A DNA stretch of 35,505 nt from an uncultured Eubacterium sp. (lineage in GTDB: Bacteria; Bacillota; Clostridia; Peptostreptococcales; Anaerovoracaceae), in contig CAZBFD010000001.1 in assembly GCA_964491055.1 (NCBI GenBank), positions 1-35,505 of the forward strand, read 5' to 3'. Position 1 is the stretch's first letter; each line of letters starts with the position of its first letter. Made by a program: the position numbers and the translations under genes. This document shows, one piece after another, positions 16,343 to 26,035 of the stretch. Below the pieces are notes generated by a model. It made no database searches. It saw only the letters and a program-made list of their open reading frames with translations, and was not told the origin of the DNA.

Positions 16343-17902
16343 TCAGCGGCGGCTGCGGCGGTCGTGCTCAGCCATGTTGTAGTAGTCCTGTTTCTGTTTG
16401 TACATGTTCTTGTCTGCTTCGCGGACTATGTTCTCTATGTGGGCGTGCTCACGGTCAGTGCCGATTCCGCTTGAGATGGACACGCCGTTTATGTGATCTC
16501 CTTTATATGCGGCGCTCACATCGGCGAGCTTCTTAAGGCATGCCTTCACCTGGTCCTCATCCATCGTTGTTATGAGGCAGAACTCGTCGCCGCCGATACG
16601 GAATATGTCGTCCACACCTTCAAAAGATGAGCGGATGCAGTCCGCGGCGGCTACGATAAGGTCGTCGCCTGCTTCGTGGCCGTAGGTGTCGTTAGCTTCT
16701 TTGAGCCCGTTTAAGTCGAATACGACGACCTTTGTTCCCGGCGGCAGAGATTTTGATAATTGAGCGAGCGTCTCGGCATATGCCCTGCGGTTCTTGAGGC
16801 CCGTCATCGGATCGACATGTGCCATCTCTGACTGCTCGTCCGCGATCTTCCGCATCTTCTCGGCAAGTGCGCCTTTGCGGAACGACCGGATCATGATGAT
16901 GAGAAGCACCGCGATGACGAGTAAAGATACGACAATAGTCAGGACGAGCGGAATGATCAGGCGGTCGAATGCGGCGGTCGCGTTCGTTACAGAGATGCAG
17001 GTCCAGTCGTTGTCGATCCTGATCGTGTAGATGATGTAATTCTCTTTGCGGAACTTCATCGTGAAATTGTTAGTCCCCGGCGGCTGGTCGAGCATCTTCT
17101 TCACTATGGCGCTTCCGAAAGACCCGTCGTTTTCGGAATAGAACTTTCCGACTTCATCTTTGTTGGAATGCGCTATCACGCGGTAGTTGCTGTCGAGCAC
17201 GATCTCTATGTCGGTGTTTCCCTGATCAGCGATTTTTTCGGTTATTTTCTGCAGCTCATCAACGGAGACGTCTATCGCGATCACGCTTTCCGCGTCGCCC
17301 AGCATCTTAGACATGGTCACCATCATCGAGCCGGTGCGCGCGTCGTGGTAAGGGTTTACAACAGCGACCTTGCCGGCCTTTTTGATCGCTTCTTTGTACC
17401 ACGGCCGGTGGGTCGGATCGTACCCGCTGTATGGTCTCCAGCCGATGCCGTTCAGGAACTGCCCGTTTATGTAGCCATAGATGCCGTTAACCTGGTCAGG
17501 CACGACGTTCGACGCCGCGTAATTCTGGCTCTCCAGGAATTCCTCGATCTGCTTATTCGACTTTCCGGCCTGGAGCATGCTGTCGAGAGTGTAGCTCGTC
17601 ATCGAAACCACGCCTGTTCCGGTATCTATGTAGTTCTCTATCTCGGTCGATGCTCTCACAGCGTTTAGCTCGCCGTTTTTGATGATGTTGTCACGTGTCT
17701 CGTTATAGAGCATCGAGTAGTAGATCACGATGATGCCGAGGAAAAAGAGTATGATAACAGAGGTGACGATAAGGTTGTTCACGATCGACAGAGCCTGCCT
17801 CTTCTTATCGTTGCCGGCGTTCCGATACGCATCCTCCGGGGTGCGGTCAAAACCCGTATTCTCTTTTCCCGCCGCTTCCGCGCCGGCCTTCACATCATCC
17901 AT
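16343..17902 (-). CDS. Membrane sensor diguanylate cyclase (TM-dCache-TM-GGDEF)
   Basis: Two TM helices around YDPTHRPWYKEA..PYHDARTG (Cache motif); DPMTGLKNRR, DLNGLKEANDTYGHEAGD, RIGGDEF. Confidence 0.92.
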   Translation of the reverse strand: MDDVKAGAEAAGKENTGFDRTPEDAYRNAGNDKKRQALSIVNNLIVTSVIILFFLGIIVIYYSMLYNETRDNIIKNGELNAVRASTEIENYIDTGTGVVSMTSYTLDSMLQAGKSNKQIEEFLESQNYAASNVVPDQVNGIYGYINGQFLNGIGWRPYSGYDPTHRPWYKEAIKKAGKVAVVNPYHDARTGSMMVTMSKMLGDAESVIAIDVSVDELQKITEKIADQGNTDIEIVLDSNYRVIAHSNKDEVGKFYSENDGSFGSAIVKKMLDQPPGTNNFTMKFRKENYIIYTIRIDNDWTCISVTNATAAFDRLIIPLVLTIVVSLLVIAVLLIIMIRSFRKGALAEKMRKIADEQSEMAHVDPMTGLKNRRAYAETLAQLSKSLPPGTKVVVFDLNGLKEANDTYGHEAGDDLIVAAADCIRSSFEGVDDIFRIGGDEFCLITTMDEDQVKACLKKLADVSAAYKGDHINGVSISSGIGTDREHAHIENIVREADKNMYKQKQDYYNMAEHDRRSRR

Positions 17903-17985
17903 AAATCATTCCATAAAGCCCCTGCAAAGCATAAAATGCAGGGCGCCTAAAACAATATTCAATAATAAAATATTATACCATAACG

Positions 17986-18049
17986 CACCGAAAGGGGACA
18001 GTCCCCTTCAGGAGCGAAACTTCCGAAAAGGGTCAGGTACTTTTCGGAG
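17986..18049. repeat. REP-like palindromes, family A copies 3 and 4 (tandem doublet)
   Basis: CACCGAAAGGGG-ACAGT-CCCCTTCAGGAG (17986-18014), 6-nt gap, then TTCCGAAAAGGGTCAGGTACTTTTCGGAG (18021-18049). Confidence 0.8.
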
Positions 18050-18120
18050 CATAATAATACAATACCTGCTCTGCACGTAATAGCGGTATAATATATATGA
18101 AAGAGTCGTATAAGGAGGGT

Positions 18121-18204
18121 ATGATGGAAGGTTTCTTAAAGAAGGAAGATATGTCCGCAGCCGCGCAGAGCAGCAGGCGGCGGATCAAAGATAATATATC
18201 ATAG
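18121..18204 (+). CDS. Possible small ORF of 26-27 aa, or gene remnant
   Basis: TAAGGAGGGT directly before ATGATG; MMEGFLKKEDMSAAAQSSRRRIKDNIS*; TATAAT at 18087-18092. Confidence 0.3.
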   Translation: MMEGFLKKEDMSAAAQSSRRRIKDNIS

Positions 18205-18290
18205 TTATGTTTGTTATGGTATAATAGGTATACACTATAAGAAGCAGGCGGCTGTAACGGGCCGCGGATGAAGCCAGAAGGAGCAGGCGC

Positions 18291-20753
18291 ATGTTATATT
18301 CCGGCGTTGGGATCCTGGCATTAATAATCCATCTTATCATCAATCATGATATGCTGAACACTGATCCGGGTAAGAAGATCGTGCCGGCATACCGGTCTTA
18401 TGTTGCGGTCGAGATCGCAGTGGCGATCTTTTATATCTCTGATATTTTCTGGGGGATCCTGTACGAGCAGCATCTGATCCCGCTTGTCTTTGCGGATACC
18501 GCAGTATATTTCATAGCGATGACGGCATCTGTCCTCCTCTGGACGTGGTACGTTGTTGATTATCTTAAGGAAGAGAACTTCTTCGGCAAGGCACTTGAGA
18601 GCACAGGCGTCCTGCTCTTCGGCTTTGAAGTAGTCATGGTCGTGTTGAACTTCTTCTATCCAGTGCTCTATTATTTCGATGAAGCCGGCGGATACCATAC
18701 ATCCTGGGGACGATACGTCACGCTTGCGACCCAGGTCGTGATGATGTTGATGACCGGGGTATACGCTTTCGCCGCGGCAGCAAAGACCAGCGGCACGATG
18801 AAGTCCAGGCACCGCACGATAGGTATCTTCTGCCTGGTCATGATCGGAGCGATCATAGGGCAGATCCTGCTGCCGTTGTTTCCGGTGTATTCCGCAGGAT
18901 GCACGATCGGGACATGCCTCCTCCACAGCTTCGTGCTCGAGAACGAGAAAGATGAATACCGTGAGGAGCTCGAAGAGAAGCTTCGTGACAGCGTCCTTCA
19001 CGGCAACTATTATGATCTTCTGACCGGGCTCCCGGGACTGTCATATTTCCTCAAGCTCGCGGAAAAGAAGAGAGACGAGATCTATGACAACGGCGGCAGT
19101 CCGGTGATGCTCTTCATGGATCTTTCCGGCATGAAATATTACAATCAAAATCATGGCTTTGCGGCAGGAGATAAGCTGCTCAAGGCTTTTGCGGGCCTTA
19201 TCGTACCTGAGTTCGGTGAGGAAAGCTGCAGCAGGATAGCAAAGGACCAGTTCCTGGCGGTCACATATGAAGACGGCCTTGAGCCGAGGCTTCGCAAGAT
19301 GTTCGATGACTGGGAGAAGAAAGCTGGCCCGGGCTGTCCCGCGATCCGTGTTGGCGTGTATGCGGACAGGATTGGAAAAGTTAATTCTGATACAGCGTGC
19401 GACCGCGCAAAGGTAGCCCGTGATTCTATCAGGAACACATTCGTTTCCGACATAAAGTGGTTCGACCAGGAAATGCTGAACCGCGCCGAGAGAGAGCAGT
19501 ACATAGTGTCGCACTTCGAAGAGGCACTCGAATATAAATGGATAGATGTCTACTACCAGCCGATCGTAAGGTCGACCAACGGCAGGGTCTGCGACGAAGA
19601 AGCCCTGTCCAGGTGGAACGACCCGGAGCGCGGGCAGCTCAAGCCGGATGAATTCATCCCGTTCCTGGAAGAATCCAAACTGATCTACAAGCTTGACCTC
19701 TATGTGCTCGACGAGATCTTGCTCAAGGACAAGCGCCTGAAGGAAGCCGGCCTTTACATCGTGCCGCAGTCCCTCAACCTGTCGCGTGCGGACTTTGAGT
19801 CATGTGACATGGTCGAGGAGATCCGTAAGCGTGTGGATGCCGCGGGACTGCCGCATGAGCTTCTTTCGATCGAGCTCACCGAGAGCATAATCGGGAGCGA
19901 CTTTGACTATATCAAGACTCAGATCGACCGCTTCAGCAAGCTCGGCTTCCCGGTATGGATGGACGACTTCGGGAGCGGATACTCGTCGCTCGACGTGCTC
20001 GCTAACATGCATATAGACCTGGTCAAGATAGACATGCGGTTCATGCAGGAGTTTGAGAACGGAGACCGCGCAAAGATAGTTCTGACAGAGCTCGTCAGGA
20101 TGGCGATAAGCCTTGGGATCGACACGGTCTGCGAGGGCGTGGAGAGAAAAGAGCAGGTCGAGTTCCTGAGGGATATCGGCTGCGCCAAGATGCAGGGATA
20201 CTATTATACACCGCCGATCCCTGTTGAAAAGATACTTGAAAGATACGAAAAGCATATCCAGATCGGGTTCGAGGATCCGGCTGAGACCGCATACTATGAC
20301 GCTATCGGTAAGATCAACCTGTATGACCTGTCCATGATAGCAAAGGAAGAGGAGAATGAGTTCAGGCATTACTTCAGCACTATTCCGATGGCGATAATTG
20401 AAGTCAAGGGGAACCAGGCCAAATTCACAAGGACCAACCAGGCTTACCGTGACTTCATGAAGAGGACATTCCATATCAACCTTGCTGATATGGTGGATGC
20501 ATACGGTGAGACAGAAAAGGGGCCGGGCTATGCGTTTGCCATGATGCTGAGGCAGTGCTGTAAGGACGGCGGGCGGACCGTGTTTGACGAGACTATGCCT
20601 GACGGCTCCAGGGTGCATTCATTCATGCGCCGTATTGCAGAGGACCCTGTTACAGGCACTACGGCAGCAGCCGTAGCCGTGCTCGCGATAGATGACGCAA
20701 AAGAGCATGACATGGGCAGCGCGGACGAAAGACAGGAAAAGCAGGATCGTTAG
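18291..20753 (+). CDS. Multi-TM c-di-GMP phosphodiesterase (degenerate GGDEF + EAL + C-terminal PAS-like region)
   Basis: About 7 TM segments; GGDEF site reads AKDQF; intact EAL motifs YYQP, EEALSRW, IELTES, MDDFGSGYSSL, VKID, EGVE, QGY. Confidence 0.9.
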   Translation: MLYSGVGILALIIHLIINHDMLNTDPGKKIVPAYRSYVAVEIAVAIFYISDIFWGILYEQHLIPLVFADTAVYFIAMTASVLLWTWYVVDYLKEENFFGKALESTGVLLFGFEVVMVVLNFFYPVLYYFDEAGGYHTSWGRYVTLATQVVMMLMTGVYAFAAAAKTSGTMKSRHRTIGIFCLVMIGAIIGQILLPLFPVYSAGCTIGTCLLHSFVLENEKDEYREELEEKLRDSVLHGNYYDLLTGLPGLSYFLKLAEKKRDEIYDNGGSPVMLFMDLSGMKYYNQNHGFAAGDKLLKAFAGLIVPEFGEESCSRIAKDQFLAVTYEDGLEPRLRKMFDDWEKKAGPGCPAIRVGVYADRIGKVNSDTACDRAKVARDSIRNTFVSDIKWFDQEMLNRAEREQYIVSHFEEALEYKWIDVYYQPIVRSTNGRVCDEEALSRWNDPERGQLKPDEFIPFLEESKLIYKLDLYVLDEILLKDKRLKEAGLYIVPQSLNLSRADFESCDMVEEIRKRVDAAGLPHELLSIELTESIIGSDFDYIKTQIDRFSKLGFPVWMDDFGSGYSSLDVLANMHIDLVKIDMRFMQEFENGDRAKIVLTELVRMAISLGIDTVCEGVERKEQVEFLRDIGCAKMQGYYYTPPIPVEKILERYEKHIQIGFEDPAETAYYDAIGKINLYDLSMIAKEEENEFRHYFSTIPMAIIEVKGNQAKFTRTNQAYRDFMKRTFHINLADMVDAYGETEKGPGYAFAMMLRQCCKDGGRTVFDETMPDGSRVHSFMRRIAEDPVTGTTAAAVAVLAIDDAKEHDMGSADERQEKQDR

Positions 20754-20762
20754 GAAAAACAT

Positions 20763-22367
20763 ATGACTGAAAAAAAGCCCGGATCAATAGAAATAGGCTC
20801 TTCACCAGAAGATTATAGCAAGGCTTATGAGTTCATCGATGATCTTCTGAAGAGGAACAGGATCACTCACACGGTAAGCGATGAAGTAAAGCTTGTATTT
20901 GAGGCGCTCTATCATAATATACAGGAGCAGACCGGCGGCAGGGCATCCTTAAGGATAACCGGACAGAAAAGCCTGGGCGATACAAAGATCAGGCTCGGAT
21001 ATTTCGGAAAGCCTTTCGTGTTAACAGAGGAGGTAGGTGATATTATTTCGCCTGAAGCCAGGATCCTTAATGCCTACGCCGACAAAATAGACTGCTCGTA
21101 TCATTCGGGACATAACAATATCAGCATATCTGTAAAGAGAAGTCCGGGACGGGCAATATTGCTCTGCATTATAGCTATGGTCCTCGCGGGCATAGCTTAT
21201 CTTGCGATCCATTTCTGTGCAGGGCTTAAAGCAGAGGCATACATTTCTGAAAGGATAATATGGCCTTTCGAGGTAATGTTTGCAAGAGCAATGCTTCTGG
21301 TCGCCGGGCCGGTAACGTTCTTTTCGCTTCTTAAAAATCTCACTGATACGTATATATTCTCGTCAACTGTATCAGACACGAGGAAGGTACAGGGAAAGAC
21401 GATCATCACATCTGTCATTTCGGTCATACTGGCGCTCCTGATCTCCGTACCGATCGGCCTGTACTTCAAGGGTCTGTTTCCAATACTGAAAGATTTCAAG
21501 ATAGCAGAAATGGAAATGGCATCTTTAGAAGATCTTGTATCTGATATAGTTCCTACCGATATTCTTTCTCTGTTTGAAGGTGTATCTCCGTTTCCTATGA
21601 TCATAATTGCCGTGATCACGACATATGCGTTCTGTTCATCAGGGAAGTATTTCGACATGATGAAGGAAGCAACAGATGTCTGCTATTCTCTGTTTTCAAG
21701 CATGCTGAGCCTGGTGATGTACACGCTTCCGGTATTCGCGTTCATATCATTTCTCGACATGCTTCTTTTTACCGGTCCGAAGATGCTGCTTTATGTTGTG
21801 TACTTTACTATGATCGTACTTGTAAGCCTGCTTGCGATGGCGGGATTCTATACCATAAGGCTCAAGCTGGGCGGTGTAGCCGCAGATCCTTTCTACAGGA
21901 AACTGGGCGGTCTCATCTATGAGAACATAAAAATCAATTCGGCTATCGATGCAGTCCCGTTCAACGTCAGATACTGCATGCGGACTTATAAGATAGACAG
22001 GAAGCGCCTCGAGGACACTCTCCCTGTTCTTGCACAGATAAACCTGGACGGAAACTGCTTCGTCATTACTATGATATCAGTACTGATCCTTCTGCTCAGC
22101 GACACACCGTTCTCGGTAATGAATATTGCTTCGATGGCTGTGCTCGTGCTGTTCCTTTCACTTGGCGCGCCGAACCAGCCGGGGTCGGTCCTGGTCGGAC
22201 TGCTGATAATCCTGAATTACCTGAGCTTGACTGATTTGATCCCTCTTGCGATATACTGCGAGGTCATGTTCGGGAGCCTGCTCAATATAATAAATGTTAC
22301 CGGTGATATAGTTACAGTCGCGGTACTGGACAATCAGGAAAAGTCTCTTGATGCGAAGTCCGTCTGA
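20763..22367 (+). CDS. Divergent dicarboxylate/amino acid:cation symporter (DAACS) with a soluble N-terminal domain
   Basis: About 125-aa soluble N-terminus then many TM helices; INLDG (NMDG-like), SLGAP..PG and NVTGD motifs. Confidence 0.8.
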   Translation: MTEKKPGSIEIGSSPEDYSKAYEFIDDLLKRNRITHTVSDEVKLVFEALYHNIQEQTGGRASLRITGQKSLGDTKIRLGYFGKPFVLTEEVGDIISPEARILNAYADKIDCSYHSGHNNISISVKRSPGRAILLCIIAMVLAGIAYLAIHFCAGLKAEAYISERIIWPFEVMFARAMLLVAGPVTFFSLLKNLTDTYIFSSTVSDTRKVQGKTIITSVISVILALLISVPIGLYFKGLFPILKDFKIAEMEMASLEDLVSDIVPTDILSLFEGVSPFPMIIIAVITTYAFCSSGKYFDMMKEATDVCYSLFSSMLSLVMYTLPVFAFISFLDMLLFTGPKMLLYVVYFTMIVLVSLLAMAGFYTIRLKLGGVAADPFYRKLGGLIYENIKINSAIDAVPFNVRYCMRTYKIDRKRLEDTLPVLAQINLDGNCFVITMISVLILLLSDTPFSVMNIASMAVLVLFLSLGAPNQPGSVLVGLLIILNYLSLTDLIPLAIYCEVMFGSLLNIINVTGDIVTVAVLDNQEKSLDAKSV

Positions 22368-24616
22368 ATCGTGCTGTTTTTCCGGCATTCCCATCCGAGG
22401 ACTCTCTTCTTCATACCGGTGATGTCAAGTATCCCGTAAGCAAAACCTTTCCTGACCAGCTCTTCGGGCACATATTCGTCATACTTCTCGAACACCGGGT
22501 TCTCTCCAGGGTACACGAGTTCCATCGGATCAAAGTCTTTTCCGGCTTCTTCTTTTGTTATACTGTAGAATTCTTCTTCACTCACCTGCATCGTGAACTG
22601 CATATAGTAAGGCCTCGCGGGGTCCAGGCCTTTCAGTCCCAGCCTCTTTCCGCACCGGAGCTTGAGGAATCTTTCAAGTGCAAGGAAAGCGTACGTTCCA
22701 AGCCACGGGAAGAGCGCCCACATCTTTCCGCCAAGGTGGATGAGCGGGCGGTCAGGCATCCCGGACCTTTTGAACAGCTCGCGAGCTTCCTTCAGCCTTG
22801 CGGAAGCGTTCCTCATAAGATATGGATAAGACTCTTCTCCCAGAAGGATGCTGAACATCTTTTCCAGCACTCTTGTGTGGATGTCGCCCGGGACGTCACC
22901 GAAGTAGGCCGGGATATTCCCCTTTACCAGCGAGCAGTACACTTCGCGCCGCTTGTGATCTATCTCTTCTACGATCCAGACCCTTCCTGCTATCGCGACC
23001 TTGTCGCCGACCGGAGGCGGCTTAACTATCGTCCCGAGCTCTTCTGACCCGCAGCGTACGGAATACTCGACGCTTTCCTGAAAGACTGCATAGAACTTGT
23101 AGCTGTTCACGATCCTCTCGCCTGTTATCCCGACGATGAGCCCTCCGTTCTCGGTGCGGTTTATATGGTCGATCTCGATCAGATGACGGAGGAGCACGCG
23201 GTAGTCGTCCTGGCTTATCCTGTGGAAGTAGGCGAGCGTAAGCACTTTCGACGCGAGCTCGCCGGGCGTCATCTCGCCGCAGGAAGCGAGCGTGCTCATG
23301 GTCTGGTGGTAGAGCAGGCTGAAAGGAAGCCTGTCAGTCTTCGGCGGCTCCACGAACCTTTCATCTATATAAAGCTGCACCAGCGCTATTCCCTGGATGA
23401 GATACCACGGGATGAGGACCGGCAGCATATCTCTCGCTTCGGCATGCTCTTCCCTCATGACGAACCACATCTCCGCAGGAGCACCGCGCCTTCCGGTCCG
23501 TCCAAGCCTCTGCAGGAACCCGGACACTGTGAACGGCGCGTCCAGCTGGAACGCGCGCTCTAGCCTTCCTATATCTATTCCGAGCTCAAGAGTCGCGGTC
23601 GCGCAGACAGATGTCAGGGAGCCGTCATCTTTCATCTCCTCTTCAGCGCTCTCCCTGTATGAAGCGGACAAGTTGCCGTGGTGTATCAGGAACCTTTCTG
23701 GCTCATGATTCGCCTCGCAGTACTGCCTCAGGCTCTGGCACACAGATTCGCATTCCTCCCTCGAGTTGGAGAATATGAGACATTTCTTCCCCCTGGTGTG
23801 CTCGAAAATGTATCCAAAACCCGGGTCCGCAGCCTTCGGGGCTTCGTCAGTCGGCTCCTCGGTTACAGGAAGATTCTCTTCCTTATCATCAAAATCTCCT
23901 GCCTGCGGGAAGGATTTATAGAAATGCTCCATGGAAAGGCGCCAGACTTCTTTCCCGCCGTCGAACTCAGGTATTACAGTCGGCCTGCTGCTCCCTGCGG
24001 CGAGGAACTTCCCCGCCTCTTCAGGGTCGCCGATAGTCGCGGAGAGCCCGATCCTCCTCGGGTCACAGCAGGCAAGCCTGGACAGCCTTTCTATCAGGCA
24101 GAAAGTCTGGCCGCCCCTGTCAGCCCTGAGAAGAGAGTGGATCTCATCTATAACAACGAACCTGAGATCCCCGAATAGTGACGGGATCTCCATATGCTTG
24201 TTTATCATGAGCGACTCAAGCGACTCCGGAGTGATCTGAAGTATGCCGGCCGGCTTTCTGATGAGCTTTCGCTTCTGTGACTGCGCGACGTCGCCGTGCC
24301 ACCTCGTTACCGGTATCCCTGCCTCGTCGCAGAGCTCGTTCAATCTCCCGAACTGGTCATTTATCAAAGCCTTGAGCGGCGCAATGTAAAGCACGCCGAC
24401 TGTCGCGGAAGGGTCCTCGTCGAGCAGCGTCAGTATCGGGAAGAAAGCAGCCTCGGTCTTTCCGGACGCGGTAGAAGCGGTGATGAGCACGTTGCTCTCT
24501 GTCCCGAAAATGGCGTCGGCCGCCGCGTTCTGCACTTCCCGGAGTGCTTTCCACCCAGAGCGGTAGATGTAATCCTGTATGAATGGTGAATATCTGTTGA
24601 ATGCGTCCATTGTCAT
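22334..24616 (-). CDS. Lhr-like DEAD/DEAH-box helicase (Shango SngC-like)
   Basis: TASGKTEAAF, PLKALINDQ, TPESLE, DEIH, SAT, TATLELGIDIG, QRLGRTGRR. Confidence 0.9.
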   Translation of the reverse strand: MTMDAFNRYSPFIQDYIYRSGWKALREVQNAAADAIFGTESNVLITASTASGKTEAAFFPILTLLDEDPSATVGVLYIAPLKALINDQFGRLNELCDEAGIPVTRWHGDVAQSQKRKLIRKPAGILQITPESLESLMINKHMEIPSLFGDLRFVVIDEIHSLLRADRGGQTFCLIERLSRLACCDPRRIGLSATIGDPEEAGKFLAAGSSRPTVIPEFDGGKEVWRLSMEHFYKSFPQAGDFDDKEENLPVTEEPTDEAPKAADPGFGYIFEHTRGKKCLIFSNSREECESVCQSLRQYCEANHEPERFLIHHGNLSASYRESAEEEMKDDGSLTSVCATATLELGIDIGRLERAFQLDAPFTVSGFLQRLGRTGRRGAPAEMWFVMREEHAEARDMLPVLIPWYLIQGIALVQLYIDERFVEPPKTDRLPFSLLYHQTMSTLASCGEMTPGELASKVLTLAYFHRISQDDYRVLLRHLIEIDHINRTENGGLIVGITGERIVNSYKFYAVFQESVEYSVRCGSEELGTIVKPPPVGDKVAIAGRVWIVEEIDHKRREVYCSLVKGNIPAYFGDVPGDIHTRVLEKMFSILLGEESYPYLMRNASARLKEARELFKRSGMPDRPLIHLGGKMWALFPWLGTYAFLALERFLKLRCGKRLGLKGLDPARPYYMQFTMQVSEEEFYSITKEEAGKDFDPMELVYPGENPVFEKYDEYVPEELVRKGFAYGILDITGMKKRVLGWECRKNSTIQTDFASRDFS

Positions 24617-24688
24617 CTGCAGTTTTCCTTAAACTGCCAAACATCTGTGAAAAAGAGAATTTCTCCGATCTGCAGCGCCGCAGATCCG

Positions 24689-26020
24689 TCAGACGGTGAA
24701 TTCGGCAAAAGCCTCGTCTGTCTCGTCAGATACGGCTTCAGACTTAGCGTATGTGAAGTCGCCGGACTTGAGAAGATCCTTTATCGTCATCTCAGGATCC
24801 TGGTACAGCAGGTCGAGGATCTCTATGAAGTCCCTTATGATCTCCCTCGGCGTAATGTTGGCCTCCGCCCCGACTCTTTCATATTCTATCTTTATGAAAG
24901 CTGACAGGTCTTCTGTCGTGAGCACAGGCTCGTACCCATAAAGGCCTGCGTGCATATCGGAAAGCTTCTCGCAGAGCACGAGCATCTCTTCAGGCGTCAA
25001 AGGCTCCAGCCGTATAACAGGCGCGAGCATGTCACGTGCTCCCGGCCTGGAGAACTTACCTTCTGCAAGCCGTGACTTAAGTGCCTCATAACTGTAGATC
25101 CCGCGCCGCCTGTCTTCCAGCGCCTGCGGGGTCGCGCCCATGATGAACCCGAGGAACCTTGCCTTTCCCTGCAGGGCGTCGTTATACATCATAAGGAGCT
25201 TCTCGTAGTTATACTGCCTTGTGATGGAATTCGGTATCTTGTATATGTTCACGAGCTCGTCTACCATTATCATCATTCCGGTATATCCCGCCAGGCGGAA
25301 GAACAGTGCAAAAAGCTTAAGGTAGTCGTACCAGTTGTCGTCTGTGATAAGGATATTCACACCGAGAGCATCTTTTGCCTCTTTTTTCAGCGCGAACTCT
25401 CCCCTGAACCAGCGGGCGACGTTAGCCTTCGTCTCGTCGTCCCCGTCTATGTATGCGTGATAGTACCTGGAGATAAGCTGCGCGAACTCAAAACCGTGCA
25501 CAAGCTCACTGATCGAGGACAGGACTTCATATATTTTCCCATCCACAGCCTTTGAAAATCCCGGATCATCCGGGGTAAGCCCGGTATCCCGGACTACCGC
25601 TGCCTGTACACGGCCGATCCACTTGTCCAGAGCGAGCATGAGCGCGCCACCTTCAGGCTTCTCCTTCGTTGACAGGTTGCTGATGAGCTCGCGGTACGTT
25701 GCAAGCCCCTGTCCCTGCGTTCCCTGGAACCGCCTCTCCGGCGACAGGTCCGCGTCCGCCACGATAAAGCCTTTGTCCATTACATAATTCCGGATCGCCT
25801 GGATCAGGAAGCTTTTGCCCGATCCGTACTTCCCGACGATGAACCGGAACGATGCCCCGCCGTCCGATATGATATCCACATCATGGAGCAAAGCCTCGAT
25901 CTCGCTTTTCCGTCCGACGGTGATATATGGAAGGCCGATCCTCGGCACGACTCCACCTTTAAGGGAGTTCAGCACGGTCTGGGATATCCGCCTCGGCGCC
26001 TTCTGACAGTTTTCGCTCAT
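24689..26020 (-). CDS. P-loop ATPase, DUF2791/BrxD-like (Shango SngB-like)
   Basis: LNSLKGGVVPRIGL..I.VGR, Walker A GKYGSGKS, DLSPERR, Walker B MIMVDEL, YEALKSRL. Confidence 0.88.
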   Translation of the reverse strand: MSENCQKAPRRISQTVLNSLKGGVVPRIGLPYITVGRKSEIEALLHDVDIISDGGASFRFIVGKYGSGKSFLIQAIRNYVMDKGFIVADADLSPERRFQGTQGQGLATYRELISNLSTKEKPEGGALMLALDKWIGRVQAAVVRDTGLTPDDPGFSKAVDGKIYEVLSSISELVHGFEFAQLISRYYHAYIDGDDETKANVARWFRGEFALKKEAKDALGVNILITDDNWYDYLKLFALFFRLAGYTGMMIMVDELVNIYKIPNSITRQYNYEKLLMMYNDALQGKARFLGFIMGATPQALEDRRRGIYSYEALKSRLAEGKFSRPGARDMLAPVIRLEPLTPEEMLVLCEKLSDMHAGLYGYEPVLTTEDLSAFIKIEYERVGAEANITPREIIRDFIEILDLLYQDPEMTIKDLLKSGDFTYAKSEAVSDETDEAFAEFTV

Positions 26021-26035
26021 TGATCTCTCCTTCTA

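Noticed and set aside
24689-26020. BREX system suggested by the BrxD-like ATPase
   Set aside because: No pglZ, pglX or brxC; the TerB-N and Lhr neighbours fit Shango instead.
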